Positions 19,816 to 30,560 are shown, numbered from the stretch's first letter. The stretch is DNA of 64,000 bases from an uncultured Chlamydiae bacterium (GCA_963830365.1 CAWHMU010000042.1:111250-175249), one strand, 5' to 3'. The notes: generated by a model from the letters alone, not told the origin. Translations and numbers: made by a program.

Positions 19816-21540
19816 GTGTCTCGTTTGTTGCTTAATAAAATGTGTCTTAGCGGCTTTGTCTTTGCGGTGATGCTAGGCCTTTGGGAGCTGGCTGCCCGGT
19901 CTTATGCCAGCCTGCAATTTATGCTGCCGGCGCCATCGAAAATTGTTTTTATACTTTGGCTGCATGCCGATCGGTTTGCCTTGCACACCTTCGCGACGCT
20001 ACAGGAGATGGCAGGAGGTTTTGCCTTGGCTTTTGCATGTTCTTTTCCCTTGGCCTGGCTGATGGCTTTTTATGGCCCCTTGCGCGCGATTTTGCAGCCT
20101 ATGTTTGTGGCCATCCAATGCGTGCCGATGTTTGCTTTAGCGCCCCTGATGGTGCTATGGTTTGGCTGGTCCTTTACGGCCATTATTGTGCCAACAGCGC
20201 TGATGATTTTCTTTCCGCTGACCATCAATATATACCAGGGTTTATGCGCTACTCCCAGGCATTTGTTGGAGTTCTTCCGCCTGCATGAGGCCACCGCCTG
20301 GCAGACATTTTTTAAGCTGCAGCTGCCGTGGGCCCTCCCCCATATTTTTGCCGGTTTCCGCATCGCCGTGGCGCTGGCCGGCATTGGAGCCGTGGCCGGC
20401 GAGTGGGCCGGCGCGCAGAAAGGGCTGGGCATCCTCATGCTGGAAAGCCGCCGCTCGGTAGATATGGAGATGATGTTCGGTGCCCTGGTATGTGTGACAG
20501 CCCTGAGCTTGCTGTTTTATGGATTGACGGCATTTCTGGAGGCTAGGGTTGAGAAACGGCAGCATAGGAAACGATCCGCAGGTGGTTTGGCGGCAGTTCT
20601 GGCAGTGTTGAGTTTGTTTTTTAGCGGCTGCCAGCCCAGTGAACCGCGTGCGCGTGAAACGACCATCATTTTGGACTGGCTGCCAAATCCGGATCACGTC
20701 TCCCTTTATGCGGGAGTAGAGCGCGGTTTTTTTGCCCAGCAGGGTATAGACCTTAAGATTTATAAATTGGCCGATCCCGGCGACAGCGTGCCCTATTTGT
20801 CTTCAAGGCAAGTCGATTTATGCCTCACCTATATGCCCCATACCCTGCAAGCCTTGGCCAAAGGAGCGCCGGTGGTGCCGATCGGCATTCTCGTTCAGCA
20901 GCCGCTTAACGCCCTGATCTTTCGCAGCGATGAAAATATCAAGACACCCAAAGATTTGAATGATAAGATCATCGGCTATAGTGTCGATGGCTATCACACT
21001 AAATTTCTGGAAGCCATATTAGACAATCAGCAGGTGCAGCCGAAAGCCTTGCAAAATGCCAGTTTTGACCTTGTCGGCATGCTGGCCACCAAGCATGTGG
21101 ATGTGATCTATGGGGCCTATTGGAATATTGAAAGCGAAAACCTGCGCGCCTATGGGACAGAGACCGAACATTTTCCTTTGAGCGATTTCGGCGTACCGCC
21201 ATATCACGAGCTGATTGTGCTTGCCCACCGGCAAAGTATTGAGGCAAAACCTGAATTTATAGCCGCCTTTCAAAGGGCCTTGCAGCAGAGCATCGATTTT
21301 TCCAAGGAATATCCAAAAGAAGCTTTCGCCGCCTATATCCAGGCCAACCCCGATAAAAGCCAGAACACCCGGCAATGGGAGTGGCAGGCTTGGTTAAAAA
21401 CCATTCCTACGCTAGCCACCCATCAGCTCATCGACCCCGCTTTGTGGAACCAGTTTATTGACTGGCTGATTGCCAAGCAACTCCTCGATCCGGAGGCAAG
21501 AGCCGCCTTGGTGATGCCTTTAATATATAGTGGCAGCTAG
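19816..21540 (+). CDS. Fused ABC permease (SsuC/TauC type) and NMT1/THI5-like substrate-binding protein
   Basis: LPAPSKI, KLQLPWALPHIFAGFRIA, GAVAGEW..A..GLG, then LDWLPNPDH. Confidence 0.88.
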   Translation: MSRLLLNKMCLSGFVFAVMLGLWELAARSYASLQFMLPAPSKIVFILWLHADRFALHTFATLQEMAGGFALAFACSFPLAWLMAFYGPLRAILQPMFVAIQCVPMFALAPLMVLWFGWSFTAIIVPTALMIFFPLTINIYQGLCATPRHLLEFFRLHEATAWQTFFKLQLPWALPHIFAGFRIAVALAGIGAVAGEWAGAQKGLGILMLESRRSVDMEMMFGALVCVTALSLLFYGLTAFLEARVEKRQHRKRSAGGLAAVLAVLSLFFSGCQPSEPRARETTIILDWLPNPDHVSLYAGVERGFFAQQGIDLKIYKLADPGDSVPYLSSRQVDLCLTYMPHTLQALAKGAPVVPIGILVQQPLNALIFRSDENIKTPKDLNDKIIGYSVDGYHTKFLEAILDNQQVQPKALQNASFDLVGMLATKHVDVIYGAYWNIESENLRAYGTETEHFPLSDFGVPPYHELIVLAHRQSIEAKPEFIAAFQRALQQSIDFSKEYPKEAFAAYIQANPDKSQNTRQWEWQAWLKTIPTLATHQLIDPALWNQFIDWLIAKQLLDPEARAALVMPLIYSGS

Positions 21541-21547
21541 TGAGAAT

Positions 21548-21576
21548 TTGACATAAATGCGTTTTTTTTCTATGTT
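21548..21576 (+). promoter_or_regulatory. Sigma70/66-type promoter for the yicC-gmk operon
   Basis: TTGACA-17 bp-TATGTT. Confidence 0.6.
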
Positions 21577-21615
21577 GGCCGATCTTTATCAATCACAACC
21601 AATTACATTCATTAT

Positions 21616-22515
21616 ATGCTAAAAAGTATGACGGCCTATGGGCGTGCCAGCCAGGTTTCGGCGGTTGGACGGCTGACGGTGGAATTGCAGTGTGTGAACC
21701 GCAAACATCTGGAAATAAGCACTTTCCTGCCAAAAGAACTGCTGCGTTACGATGCTGACATCAAGAAATGGATTGCTGCCGCCGTGGGGCGCGGCCTGGT
21801 CAATGTTAAGCTAAATGTCGTTTTTGACCGGATAAGTCCATTGGTCGTGACACCTAACCTGGCTTTGGCAAGGCAAATCAAAGTTGCTTGGCAGGAGCTG
21901 GCCCAAGATTTAGATGTGGCGCTCAGCGAGGATAGCCTGTTAAAGATTTTATCCCGTGAAGACAACATCTTGCTGTATGATGAAGATATCCATGATGAAG
22001 ATAAATATCGCCAGGCGCTGCATGAAGTCATCGCGCAAGCTTTGCGCAACTTGATGGCCATGAAAACAGCCGAAGGAAATGTCCTTTATCAAGATATCGC
22101 TCAGCGCTTTGCCAAGCTGGCAGAATGGATCAAAGAGATCGCCGTCAAGGCACAGGGCGCCACCGGACGCTATCGGCAGCGCCTGTTGGAGCGCTTGCAG
22201 GAAGTGCTGCAGGCCAGCCTTGAAAACGAAGAGCGCGTGTTGCGCGAAGTCTGCGTGTATGCCGAAAAGATCGATATCGCCGAAGAACTGACGCGCTTTG
22301 ATTCCCACCTGCAGCAGGTCAATGAGCTGCTGCGCGTCGACCGCCAAGCCGGTAATCAGGGCGTTGGCAAAACACTGGAATTTCTGGTGCAGGAGCTTAA
22401 CCGCGAGACCAATACCATAGGCTCCAAGTCTGCCGATGTGGAAGTTTCCCATCTGGTGATCGAAATAAAGAGCGAATTGGAAAGGATTCGCGAGCAAATC
22501 CAAAATATCGAGTGA
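21616..22515 (+). CDS. yicC: YicC/YloC-family endoribonuclease
   Basis: MLKSMTAYGR, DIAEELTRFDSH, GKTLEFLVQELNRETNTIGSK, REQIQNIE. Confidence 0.92.
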   Translation: MLKSMTAYGRASQVSAVGRLTVELQCVNRKHLEISTFLPKELLRYDADIKKWIAAAVGRGLVNVKLNVVFDRISPLVVTPNLALARQIKVAWQELAQDLDVALSEDSLLKILSREDNILLYDEDIHDEDKYRQALHEVIAQALRNLMAMKTAEGNVLYQDIAQRFAKLAEWIKEIAVKAQGATGRYRQRLLERLQEVLQASLENEERVLREVCVYAEKIDIAEELTRFDSHLQQVNELLRVDRQAGNQGVGKTLEFLVQELNRETNTIGSKSADVEVSHLVIEIKSELERIREQIQNIE

Positions 22516-22517
22516 TC

Positions 22518-23108
22518 ATGACATTGCGGCTATTGGGTAATTTAAAGCGCGGCCTGCTATTTATTTTAAGCGCTCCGGCAGGCACCGGCAAAACGACCCT
22601 GGTGGAGATGCTTTGCGATGAATTTCCCTGTGTCGTCGCCAGCGTCTCCTGTACCACTCGCCTGCCGCGCCAAGGGGAAAAAGACGGCCAGCATTATCAA
22701 TTCCTGAGCCTGCAAGAATTTGAGCGGCGTATCGCCCGGGATGAGTTTCTCGAATATGTGCAGCTGTATGGGGATTATTATGGCACCTGCCGTCTATGGG
22801 TCGAGGCACAGCTAGCGCATGGCAAGCATGTGATGCTGGTGATCGACACGCAAGGAGCCAAGCTGCTGAAGGGCAAGTTGCCGTTGGTCACCATCTTTGT
22901 GGCACCGCCTTCGCTGGAGGAGCTGGCCAAACGCCTGACCCAGCGCCGCACGGAATCGTCAGAAAATATTGATAAACGGCTGCAATGGGCCAAACACGAG
23001 CTTGATGCCCGAGGAGCTTATGATTATGGCATTGTCAATGACGATCTCGCTACAGCATATCAAGCTTTGCGCAGTATTCTTATTGCAGAAGAACACCGAG
23101 TTCGGTAA
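22518..23108 (+). CDS. gmk: Guanylate kinase
   Basis: SAPAGTGKTT, SCTTRLPRQGE.DG.HY.F, YYGT. Confidence 0.96.
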   Translation: MTLRLLGNLKRGLLFILSAPAGTGKTTLVEMLCDEFPCVVASVSCTTRLPRQGEKDGQHYQFLSLQEFERRIARDEFLEYVQLYGDYYGTCRLWVEAQLAHGKHVMLVIDTQGAKLLKGKLPLVTIFVAPPSLEELAKRLTQRRTESSENIDKRLQWAKHELDARGAYDYGIVNDDLATAYQALRSILIAEEHRVR

Positions 23109-23147
23109 AATGGAAAATTGCTATTGTCGCTACTAAGGAGAAAAAGT

Positions 23148-23468
23148 ATGGAGCAGAAAGATTACTTGACCAACGAAAAAGTATGTAAGAAGTTCAAAAG
23201 TCAATTCGACTTGGTTAACTATGCGATAAGGCTCGCTACCAATATGATTGGTACAGGCAGGGAAAGCCGCGTGAATGTAGGCTCCCAAAACCGTGCCTTG
23301 CAGGTGCTGGGTGAGATAATCCAGGATAAAGACCGTTTCGATGAAATCATCGCTCCTGCTGAATCAGCCTCAAGCGAAGGCAGGCATTACACTAATCATG
23401 AAGAACATGCTGCTGTAGCTGCTAAGACGACAGAACGCAAAAAGAGCCGCAAGATCCTCGCCGATTAA
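23148..23468 (+). CDS. Chlamydial RNA polymerase omega-like protein
   Basis: LTNEK...F.SQFDLVNYAI; position after gmk; AAGGAG RBS. Confidence 0.65.
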   Translation: MEQKDYLTNEKVCKKFKSQFDLVNYAIRLATNMIGTGRESRVNVGSQNRALQVLGEIIQDKDRFDEIIAPAESASSEGRHYTNHEEHAAVAAKTTERKKSRKILAD

Positions 23469-23530
23469 ATACAGACATATGAACTGTGCAGAGTAATTTG
23501 CACAGTTCCTTAAATTATTTGAGAGCCTTC

Positions 23531-24199
23531 ATGAACCAGGCCCTGCTAGCAACAGTCAGCAGCACCGATGTTGCTCTTTTCGGCATTTTAATTCTTGTCG
23601 TTTTCCTATTCTTCTTTGCCCTTTGCGTCTTTGGATATTGGCTAAGCTGTCGTCCCGATAGTGTTAGTCCTTACACCCGCCTGCCTATGCGGCGCGGCAT
23701 GGAAATTTCCTTTTATGCCAGGCAGCAGGTGCTGCGTTTCCTGTATGATATGCTGCAGTATGACAATCGCATCTTTGAATTCAAGCGCGCTGCCGTATGC
23801 CGTGAAACCGGGCGTATCTTCCCCAATGCAATTGCATGGTATGGCAAGATAAAGCTGGATTGGACATTTTTGCAAAAGCGCCATCCGGGTACATATGTTT
23901 CTTGGGGCAGCCTCACGGCAGATCAGCAGGAAGTAGTGCGAGCCTCTCACGATACGCTGGCGGGGTTTCAAGTCGAATTCTCATCCCACGTCATTCAGCC
24001 CAAGGGCATAGAGGCCAAATATGCCTTTGCCAAGCCCGGCCCGCTGTATGTCGATATCAACACCCATGTGCTGCTGGGATGGAAATGCGTGCCTGAAACT
24101 GAACTTGAAGTGTTGATCGTGCAAAAGCCGCTGAACCTCATTACGCTGTCGGTGGGGGACCTAATGGAGCCTAAACAAGAAGAGTCTAAGAAGAAATAG
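23531..24199 (+). CDS. Conserved hypothetical protein with N-terminal TM helix
   Basis: Hydrophobic N-terminal helix; CRETGRIF and PGPLYVD motifs; start uncertain. Confidence 0.65.
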   Translation: MNQALLATVSSTDVALFGILILVVFLFFFALCVFGYWLSCRPDSVSPYTRLPMRRGMEISFYARQQVLRFLYDMLQYDNRIFEFKRAAVCRETGRIFPNAIAWYGKIKLDWTFLQKRHPGTYVSWGSLTADQQEVVRASHDTLAGFQVEFSSHVIQPKGIEAKYAFAKPGPLYVDINTHVLLGWKCVPETELEVLIVQKPLNLITLSVGDLMEPKQEESKKK

Positions 24200-24296
24200 G
24201 GTGTTTATCTTTTCGTGGCCGGGCACGTAATTATAGTCTGGCCTCCGGTTCGAAAAATTAAGCAGAAATAAGATTTATTTATGGAAAGGTGTTTTT

Positions 24297-26351
24297 ATGA
24301 CGCAAAAGATTCTCATCACATCGGCCCTGCCATATGCCAATGGACCCCTGCATTTCGGCCATATTGCCGGCGCCTACCTGCCGGGGGATTGTTATGCCCG
24401 TTTCCAACGGCTGCAGGGCAATGATGTGCTGTATATCTGCGGTTCGGATGAATATGGCATCGCCATCACCTTAAGCGCCGATATGGCCGGCCGGACGCCG
24501 CAGGCGCATGTTGATATCTTCCATGCCGTTAACAAGGCGTTGTTTGACAAGCTTAATTTCTCTTTTGATCACTATTCCCGCACGACATGGAAAGGGCATG
24601 TCAAGACCACGCAGCAGTATTTCCTTGATCTGTTGGCCAACGGCTATATTGAAGAGCGCATCACCGATCAGCTGTATTCAGAGGCCGACGCCAAATTTCT
24701 GGCCGACCGCTATGTCGTCGGTACCTGCCCGCGCTGTGGTTTTGATGGGGCGCGCGGCGATGAGTGTCAAAAATGCGGCGCGAGCTATGAAGCCACAGAT
24801 CTGAAAAATCCCCGCTCCAAGCTGACGGATGCACCTTTGGTGCATAAATCGACGAAGCACTGGTTTTTGCTGTTGGATAAGTTCAAAGAGCGCCTTTCAG
24901 AGTGGCTGGCGACAAAGGATTGGAAGCCCAATGTGGTCAACTTCGTCAAGGGCTATATCAATGAGCTGCACCCGCGGGCGATCACGCGTGACATGACATG
25001 GGGGGTTCCCATTCCGCTGCCCGGCACTGAAGGCAAAGTGTTGTATGTGTGGTTTGATGCGCCCATCGGCTATATCTCGTCCACGATGGAGTGGGCAGAG
25101 CAGCAGGGCGCGCCTGAACAATGGAAAGATTATTGGTGCGATCCCAAGACAAAACTTGTAAACTTTATCGGCAAGGACAACATCCCGTTCCACGCCGTGA
25201 TCTTCCCTGCCATGACGATGGGCCAAAATCAGCCGTACAAGCTGGTTGACGAGTTGCCGGCCAATGAATTTTACAATCTGGAAGGACGCCAATTCAGCAA
25301 GTCCGACGGCTGGTATATCGATCTGGATACCTTTTTTAAATCCTACACTACCGATCAAATCCGCTATACGATTGCGGCCAATGCCCCCGAAACTTCCGAT
25401 GCCGAATTCACCTGGAAGGATTTTCAGCTGCGCTGCAACACCGATCTGCTAGGCAAATTCGGCAATCTGATCAATCGCGTGCTGGTATTTGCCAAAAACA
25501 ACTGCGGCGGCAGTGTGCCGTCTCGGCATGATTTGGAAGAGATCGACCGTCAATTTTTAAGCGACATAGAGAACATTGCCGCGCAGGCCAGGGGCAGCTA
25601 TGAGACATTCAAAATGCGCAAAGCCAGTCAGCATATCATGGAGCTGGCCCAAGTGGGTAATGTCTATTTCGATGCCAAGCATCCTTGGCGCGATGCCAAG
25701 CAGGAGGATACAAGGGCGCGCCTGGAGACGACCATCGCCTGCTGCCTGGAATGCCTGAAGGTACTGGCACTCGTGGCAGCGCCGATCATTCCGGCGACAG
25801 CCGCCAAGGTATGGCATATGCTCGGCTATCAGCAGCCTTTGGAGACAGACGGCTGGCAGAAGATTTTGGACACGCCGATACCTGCCGGGCAGCATCTCGG
25901 TGAGCCTGCCATCCTCTTCCAGAGGGTTGAAGATGCCCAGATCCAGCAGGAGATCGATAAGCTGCTGGCGTTATCGACGCAGCACCGCAGCGCAGCCGAA
26001 AAGAAAGAAGTCAGCTATGCCCCGCTAAAAGAGCCGGTGGAAATCGAAGATGTGCGCCGCCTGGATTTGCGCGTCGCCACCATCCTGCAGGCGGTAGCCG
26101 TGCCGAAAAGTAAAAAACTCCTGCATCTGCAGGTCGACCTGGGATTTGAGACGCGCTCTGTCGTGGCGGGTATCGGCCAAAACTACCGGCCCGAGGAAGT
26201 CATCGGCAAAAAAGTCATTATCGTCGCCAACCTCAAACCTGCCACCTTGATGGGCGTGCACAGCCAGGGCATGCTGCTGGCGGCGGGCAGCGGCAGCGAG
26301 CTTGAAGTGGTCAGCATCCAGCATCTGCCAAACGGCAGTGTCGTCTCATAA
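24297..26351 (+). CDS. metG: Methionine--tRNA ligase
   Basis: SALPYANGPLHFGH, zinc knuckle, FSKS, C-terminal OB tRNA-binding domain. Confidence 0.98.
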   Translation: MTQKILITSALPYANGPLHFGHIAGAYLPGDCYARFQRLQGNDVLYICGSDEYGIAITLSADMAGRTPQAHVDIFHAVNKALFDKLNFSFDHYSRTTWKGHVKTTQQYFLDLLANGYIEERITDQLYSEADAKFLADRYVVGTCPRCGFDGARGDECQKCGASYEATDLKNPRSKLTDAPLVHKSTKHWFLLLDKFKERLSEWLATKDWKPNVVNFVKGYINELHPRAITRDMTWGVPIPLPGTEGKVLYVWFDAPIGYISSTMEWAEQQGAPEQWKDYWCDPKTKLVNFIGKDNIPFHAVIFPAMTMGQNQPYKLVDELPANEFYNLEGRQFSKSDGWYIDLDTFFKSYTTDQIRYTIAANAPETSDAEFTWKDFQLRCNTDLLGKFGNLINRVLVFAKNNCGGSVPSRHDLEEIDRQFLSDIENIAAQARGSYETFKMRKASQHIMELAQVGNVYFDAKHPWRDAKQEDTRARLETTIACCLECLKVLALVAAPIIPATAAKVWHMLGYQQPLETDGWQKILDTPIPAGQHLGEPAILFQRVEDAQIQQEIDKLLALSTQHRSAAEKKEVSYAPLKEPVEIEDVRRLDLRVATILQAVAVPKSKKLLHLQVDLGFETRSVVAGIGQNYRPEEVIGKKVIIVANLKPATLMGVHSQGMLLAAGSGSELEVVSIQHLPNGSVVS

Positions 26352-26354
26352 AGT

Positions 26355-27365
26355 TTAGCCGGGACGGGCCTGCTTCATCACAAATTTGGGTAGCAGGTGG
26401 GTGGGACGGTATTGTTCTTTGGTGAAGCGCAGACTGGGCGCATTGCCGTCATCGCTGGCATTGCATTCTTTGTATGCGTTCCAATATTGGCGGCAGAATT
26501 CGGAAAATATCAGCGCCGAGGCGCCGTCGAACGCGGGGTGGGTCTTTTCAATGATGATCGAGGCTTGCGTCGGCGTCAGCGCTTCGCCGAAGGTGAAGCC
26601 AACAAGCTGTTCGTCGATAAACAAGAGCATGCCTTTTAAGTCCAAAGCCTGCCAATGGGTGAGCACGATTTCACAAGCCGTCTTTTCGCGCTGGCAGCAT
26701 ATTTTTTCCTGCAATTCCTCCGCCCGATCTTCAGCTTTGCCTTTCTTGCTGCCGTGCCACAGGTCCAGCAGTTCAAGGCAGGCGGGGATAGCGCCGAGAG
26801 TCATGGCTGCCAGGCGGAAGGTGGGGTATTCGCGCATGAATTTGTTCTTTGCATAGCGCCGGGAGGCAAGGCCGTTGCCGGAAAGGGAAATCATTTTCTG
26901 CATGTCGTATATGTAATCGCCGCTCACATAGGCCGGTGCGGCCTCCAGTATGTCGATGCCGCACTGCTCGATGCGTTGCATCATCTCGGTAGAGATGGTG
27001 TGGATGAGGCCTGCCAGCGGACTGCCTTGCAGGCTGTTATGCTGATACATGCGTTGGCAACAAAAAAGAAGTGCATTTCTCAGGTCGTCAGTGGTGGCAT
27101 CGCCTTCAGGCAAGGGAGGCAGAATCATATGCATCAGGTCGTCTTCGCACATGAAGATGCATAGGTGGCGGTGAATTGTCTGCCATGAGATCTTGTAGGC
27201 ATCGGCATAGGGGAAGATGTTGGCAAAGGCATAGTCTGATGTCGGCTGTAACAGGTTGGCAAGCACCTGCCTGAAGTAGCCGCGGTGCTCCAAAGTAAGG
27301 GGAGTCAAGCCGTAGGATGCCAGTAAGGCATCAAGATCAGCTGTCTCTGATGGCGTTGGCAGCAT
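26355..27365 (-). CDS. DUF2156 / aminoacyl-PG-synthase-like GNAT-fold protein
   Basis: SDYAFANIF, DYIY, VGFTFGE, IEKT, LRFTKEQYRP. Confidence 0.8.
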   Translation of the reverse strand: MLPTPSETADLDALLASYGLTPLTLEHRGYFRQVLANLLQPTSDYAFANIFPYADAYKISWQTIHRHLCIFMCEDDLMHMILPPLPEGDATTDDLRNALLFCCQRMYQHNSLQGSPLAGLIHTISTEMMQRIEQCGIDILEAAPAYVSGDYIYDMQKMISLSGNGLASRRYAKNKFMREYPTFRLAAMTLGAIPACLELLDLWHGSKKGKAEDRAEELQEKICCQREKTACEIVLTHWQALDLKGMLLFIDEQLVGFTFGEALTPTQASIIIEKTHPAFDGASALIFSEFCRQYWNAYKECNASDDGNAPSLRFTKEQYRPTHLLPKFVMKQARPG

Positions 27366-27545
27366 ATTTTACACGATTTGATGGTCCATAATACAGCCAT
27401 ATTAGTGCACGACGCCTCTGTCTTTCAATAGAATAATCCTGCGAGCGTATTCGGTGTGATTAACGGATGCGTAACCTATTGTGGCTGAGTGTTCTAATGG
27501 CATCTTCTGCCGTGTCATTGTACATCACTTATAGACGGTTAATTC

Positions 27546-27714
27546 GATTCAACGCAAAGAAACAGCCAAGCATGTAATGGAGCCAGTCAGCTTCGCTGTT
27601 GGCGCTCACATGTATCCTGTTTTGGTTGCTTCTCTGCGTCTCTGAGTATCTGTGGTGAATTTTTTTTTGCTGCTTATTCCCTTTGCGCTCTTGGCTGTTT
27701 CTTTGTGTTGAATC
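27546..27714. repeat. Intergenic inverted-repeat element
   Basis: GATTCAACGCAAAGAAACAGCCAAG / CTTGGCTGTTTCTTTGTGTTGAATC (24/25 pairing). Confidence 0.7.
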
Positions 27715-27818
27715 GGATCTACGGCCTGTTATCTAGGAACAATGCGAGCTACAGTACAGACTTGCGAATTTTTGTTTGAAAGGCTACAGTTCCCCTAACT
27801 ACAAAAAGGAGATCCATC

Positions 27819-28403
27819 ATGGCCCAAATTCTCGTCATCTACGCATCAGATTACGGCAACACCAAAAAGATGGCCGAAGCCATTGGTGGCGGTGTGCAAT
27901 CCGTGCCGGGCACGCAACTTAAAATCATGACCGCCGAAGAAGTCTCCGTCGATGATATGCTGGCAAGCGATGCCATCATCATCGGTTCGCCGGTGCATAT
28001 GGGCAGTCCGGATTGGCGCATCAAAAAGATGATCGACACGGTATGCAGCGGGCTATGGATGAAGGATAAGTTGATAGGCAAGGTATGCGGCGTTTTTGTC
28101 AGCGGCGGAGGTTATGGGAGTGCCGGCGGTGGCTGCGAGCTGACCATGCTGGCATTGCTCAACAATTTTGCCGAACTTGGCTGCGTCATCGTGCCGCTGC
28201 CGAAAAATACGCCAGGATATCATCTTGGAGGTCTACAGTGGGGGCCTTATGGCCGCTCGGCCGGTATTAAGATGGAGCAGACGGGGGTTTCCAAGGAAAG
28301 CCTGGAAGCGACTTTCCATCACGGCGCCAATATCGCGCGCGTCGCTTTGGCACTAAAGGGCAAGGACGTTTTTGCCCAGCCGGCAGCGCAGGCAAAGCCA
28401 TGA
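27819..28403 (+). CDS. Flavodoxin/WrbA-like NAD(P)H-dependent oxidoreductase
   Basis: YASDYGNTKKMAE, IIGSPVHMGS. Confidence 0.9.
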   Translation: MAQILVIYASDYGNTKKMAEAIGGGVQSVPGTQLKIMTAEEVSVDDMLASDAIIIGSPVHMGSPDWRIKKMIDTVCSGLWMKDKLIGKVCGVFVSGGGYGSAGGGCELTMLALLNNFAELGCVIVPLPKNTPGYHLGGLQWGPYGRSAGIKMEQTGVSKESLEATFHHGANIARVALALKGKDVFAQPAAQAKP

Positions 28404-29524
28404 ATAAAAGATTAGTCGAGATTTTAGCTATTGTCATCGTGGTGCTGGGGGGGGTGCTGGCAATTTACCTAAAGAAAACTCCTGTCAAAGCAGTCAAATC
28501 TGCTTCTGAGATAGAGCAGGGAGCGCCTAAAGAAGTTGAAGAGGTCCCCGCCCAAACCAAGGCTAAAACATTCGAGCAGCCAAAAACAACGCCCTCTTTC
28601 GTGACGTTTTCCGTGCCTGTCGCTGTCACACATCCTTTGCAGATTGGTTTTTTAGGGGAAAGTCGCGGCGATATCGCCAATGGTGAGGCTTTTAACGAGC
28701 AGACGCTTAGGCAGATCTTTGAGGTATTCAAAAAGCGGCCGGTGGAGGCTGTCTTTTTTACCGGCAATCTCGTCGCCGGTTTGACAGATGGACAAGCGGC
28801 TGTCGATGCATCGCAGAGTGATAAGGTTTTAAAGGCGCAGCTCGAGGACTTTTCGAAGCTTTACGATGATGTGCTTGGAGCCAAGGTACCGCTGTTCCCC
28901 ATCATGGGGGATCATGAAATGGCCGTCCCTCAAGGAACGGCGGTTTTTCGCGACCACTTCCATCTTGAAAATGGCGTCGCTTTTGATGACCATACCTTCG
29001 CCTATACCGTGGCCATGGGCGATGTGCTGTTTGCTGTCATCCCTTCGCACGGCGATATGGCCAGCAATGCCGTCGATCACACCTTCAGTCCGTCCATGCT
29101 GCTCTGGCTTAAGCAGGTGTTGTCGCAGGCCTCGCAAACCTACCGCTATCTTTTTGTGGTCGGGCACGAGCCGGCCTTCTCGCTGACGGCTACGTTCTTT
29201 GTCCCTCGTACCCAAGGGCATACAGAGTTCTGGAATATTCTCGTCGATAATGGTGTGCTGGCATATTTTGCATCACATGAGCATTTCTTCGACCGTTCCA
29301 AGCGGCAGGGGGTATGGCAAGTAGTGAGCGGGGGAGGGGGGGCGCTATTTAAAGCCGGGGCGGTAAGGAAGCCTTTCTTCCATTGCCTGGTATTGACGAT
29401 TCCGCAGACGGAAGACAAAGCGCCCAAAGTCCAGGTAATTGACGTGCATGGCCATGTCGGTGATGAGTTCGAGCTGACGCCAAGTCCGCCGCTGCTCTAC
29501 CAACGCCATATTTCAGGGGTGTGA
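28400..29524 (+). CDS. Membrane-anchored calcineurin-like metallophosphoesterase (divergent motifs)
   Basis: GESR, TGNLV, MGDHE, GHEP, SHEH. Confidence 0.8.
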   Translation: MNKRLVEILAIVIVVLGGVLAIYLKKTPVKAVKSASEIEQGAPKEVEEVPAQTKAKTFEQPKTTPSFVTFSVPVAVTHPLQIGFLGESRGDIANGEAFNEQTLRQIFEVFKKRPVEAVFFTGNLVAGLTDGQAAVDASQSDKVLKAQLEDFSKLYDDVLGAKVPLFPIMGDHEMAVPQGTAVFRDHFHLENGVAFDDHTFAYTVAMGDVLFAVIPSHGDMASNAVDHTFSPSMLLWLKQVLSQASQTYRYLFVVGHEPAFSLTATFFVPRTQGHTEFWNILVDNGVLAYFASHEHFFDRSKRQGVWQVVSGGGGALFKAGAVRKPFFHCLVLTIPQTEDKAPKVQVIDVHGHVGDEFELTPSPPLLYQRHISGV

Positions 29525-29743
29525 TCTAAAGTCATGCTCGAGTCGTTTGTTTCGAGCCTGTGCCCGCATTCTATTCTTATTAAGTCAGTATAATATGGCC
29601 GCTCTAAGGAGCTCAGCAACATTATATTGACTAAAGGGAAATTAGGCATGGGCACGAATAAAGACTCATGCACCTGCAGGCTCTGTGGTTGTATAAATTT
29701 ACCACCACAGAGCCTGCAGAGCACAAAGAAATGGCCGAAGCTG

Positions 29744-30094
29744 CTATCTGAAAAAGCTCCAGGAGAAGGATAGTCCGGCAAAGCTGAATGGACGCGGCGC
29801 CGGGGCGACATAGACTTCTTCCACATAGACAGGTTCGGCATATACCGGTGCGCCGTAAACAGGTGCGGCATAGACAGGGGCGGCATAGACTGGCGCGTAA
29901 TAGTAGGTAGGGGCCGGTCTGACATGGCGCTGTACGGTATAGTTGTTGCGGCAAGGGGCTGCTGTGCCCACGCCTACATGTACATTGGTGCTACTGCCGC
30001 GTCGGCTGTGTTCACGGGCTTCTGCTGAAGGGCTTTGCACAAACAGCAGCAGGGCGGTCAATGTTAATAAAGAATAAAAGAATGTCTTCTGCAT
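29744..30094 (-). CDS. Small secreted Pro/Tyr-rich protein
   Basis: Signal peptide ending AEA; (A/G)PVY pentapeptide repeats. Confidence 0.7.
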   Translation of the reverse strand: MQKTFFYSLLTLTALLLFVQSPSAEAREHSRRGSSTNVHVGVGTAAPCRNNYTVQRHVRPAPTYYYAPVYAAPVYAAPVYGAPVYAEPVYVEEVYVAPAPRPFSFAGLSFSWSFFR

Positions 30095-30340
30095 GATCAA
30101 TTCACCTTGGTGATAGGTTTGCATGATTTATGTGTCGCGACTTATGTGATTAATATGGATAACTAGCACGCTTTTAATTAGTTATCGCACTCATTCTAAC
30201 TGATTTAAATGTTTTTTGGGAAGGAGATTGTTAAACAGAGTAATGCAAAATAGCTTGTGATATCTTGTACTACTTGTGTAGGTAGGGTAATTTGATGGGA
30301 AAGATTTAAGGCGTTGTTCACCCAACCGGTCAATTTCTTG

Positions 30341-30404
30341 CTCCGTTCTCTCTGTGCCTCTGTGTTTGATTTTTTTGAAACACAGAGGCACAGAGACCAC
30401 GGAG
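30341..30404. repeat. Arms of the GxxExxY-array family in back-to-back orientation
   Basis: CTCCGTTCTCTCTGTGCCTCTGTGTTT-gattttttt-GAAACACAGAGGCACAGAGACCACGGAG. Confidence 0.75.
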
Positions 30405-30560
30405 AGGGGATAGAGAAGATAGTATCATCGTGACCGAAAGTTTTCCTATGAAGGTGAACAGGGCTAGATTTAATAATCTCAAATAGCCGCTAGCGATGGT
30501 CTTGTTGGCTATTGGTTTAATTTCGTCCATCTAAACATCCAGGATCTAGTGTCTTAAGTA

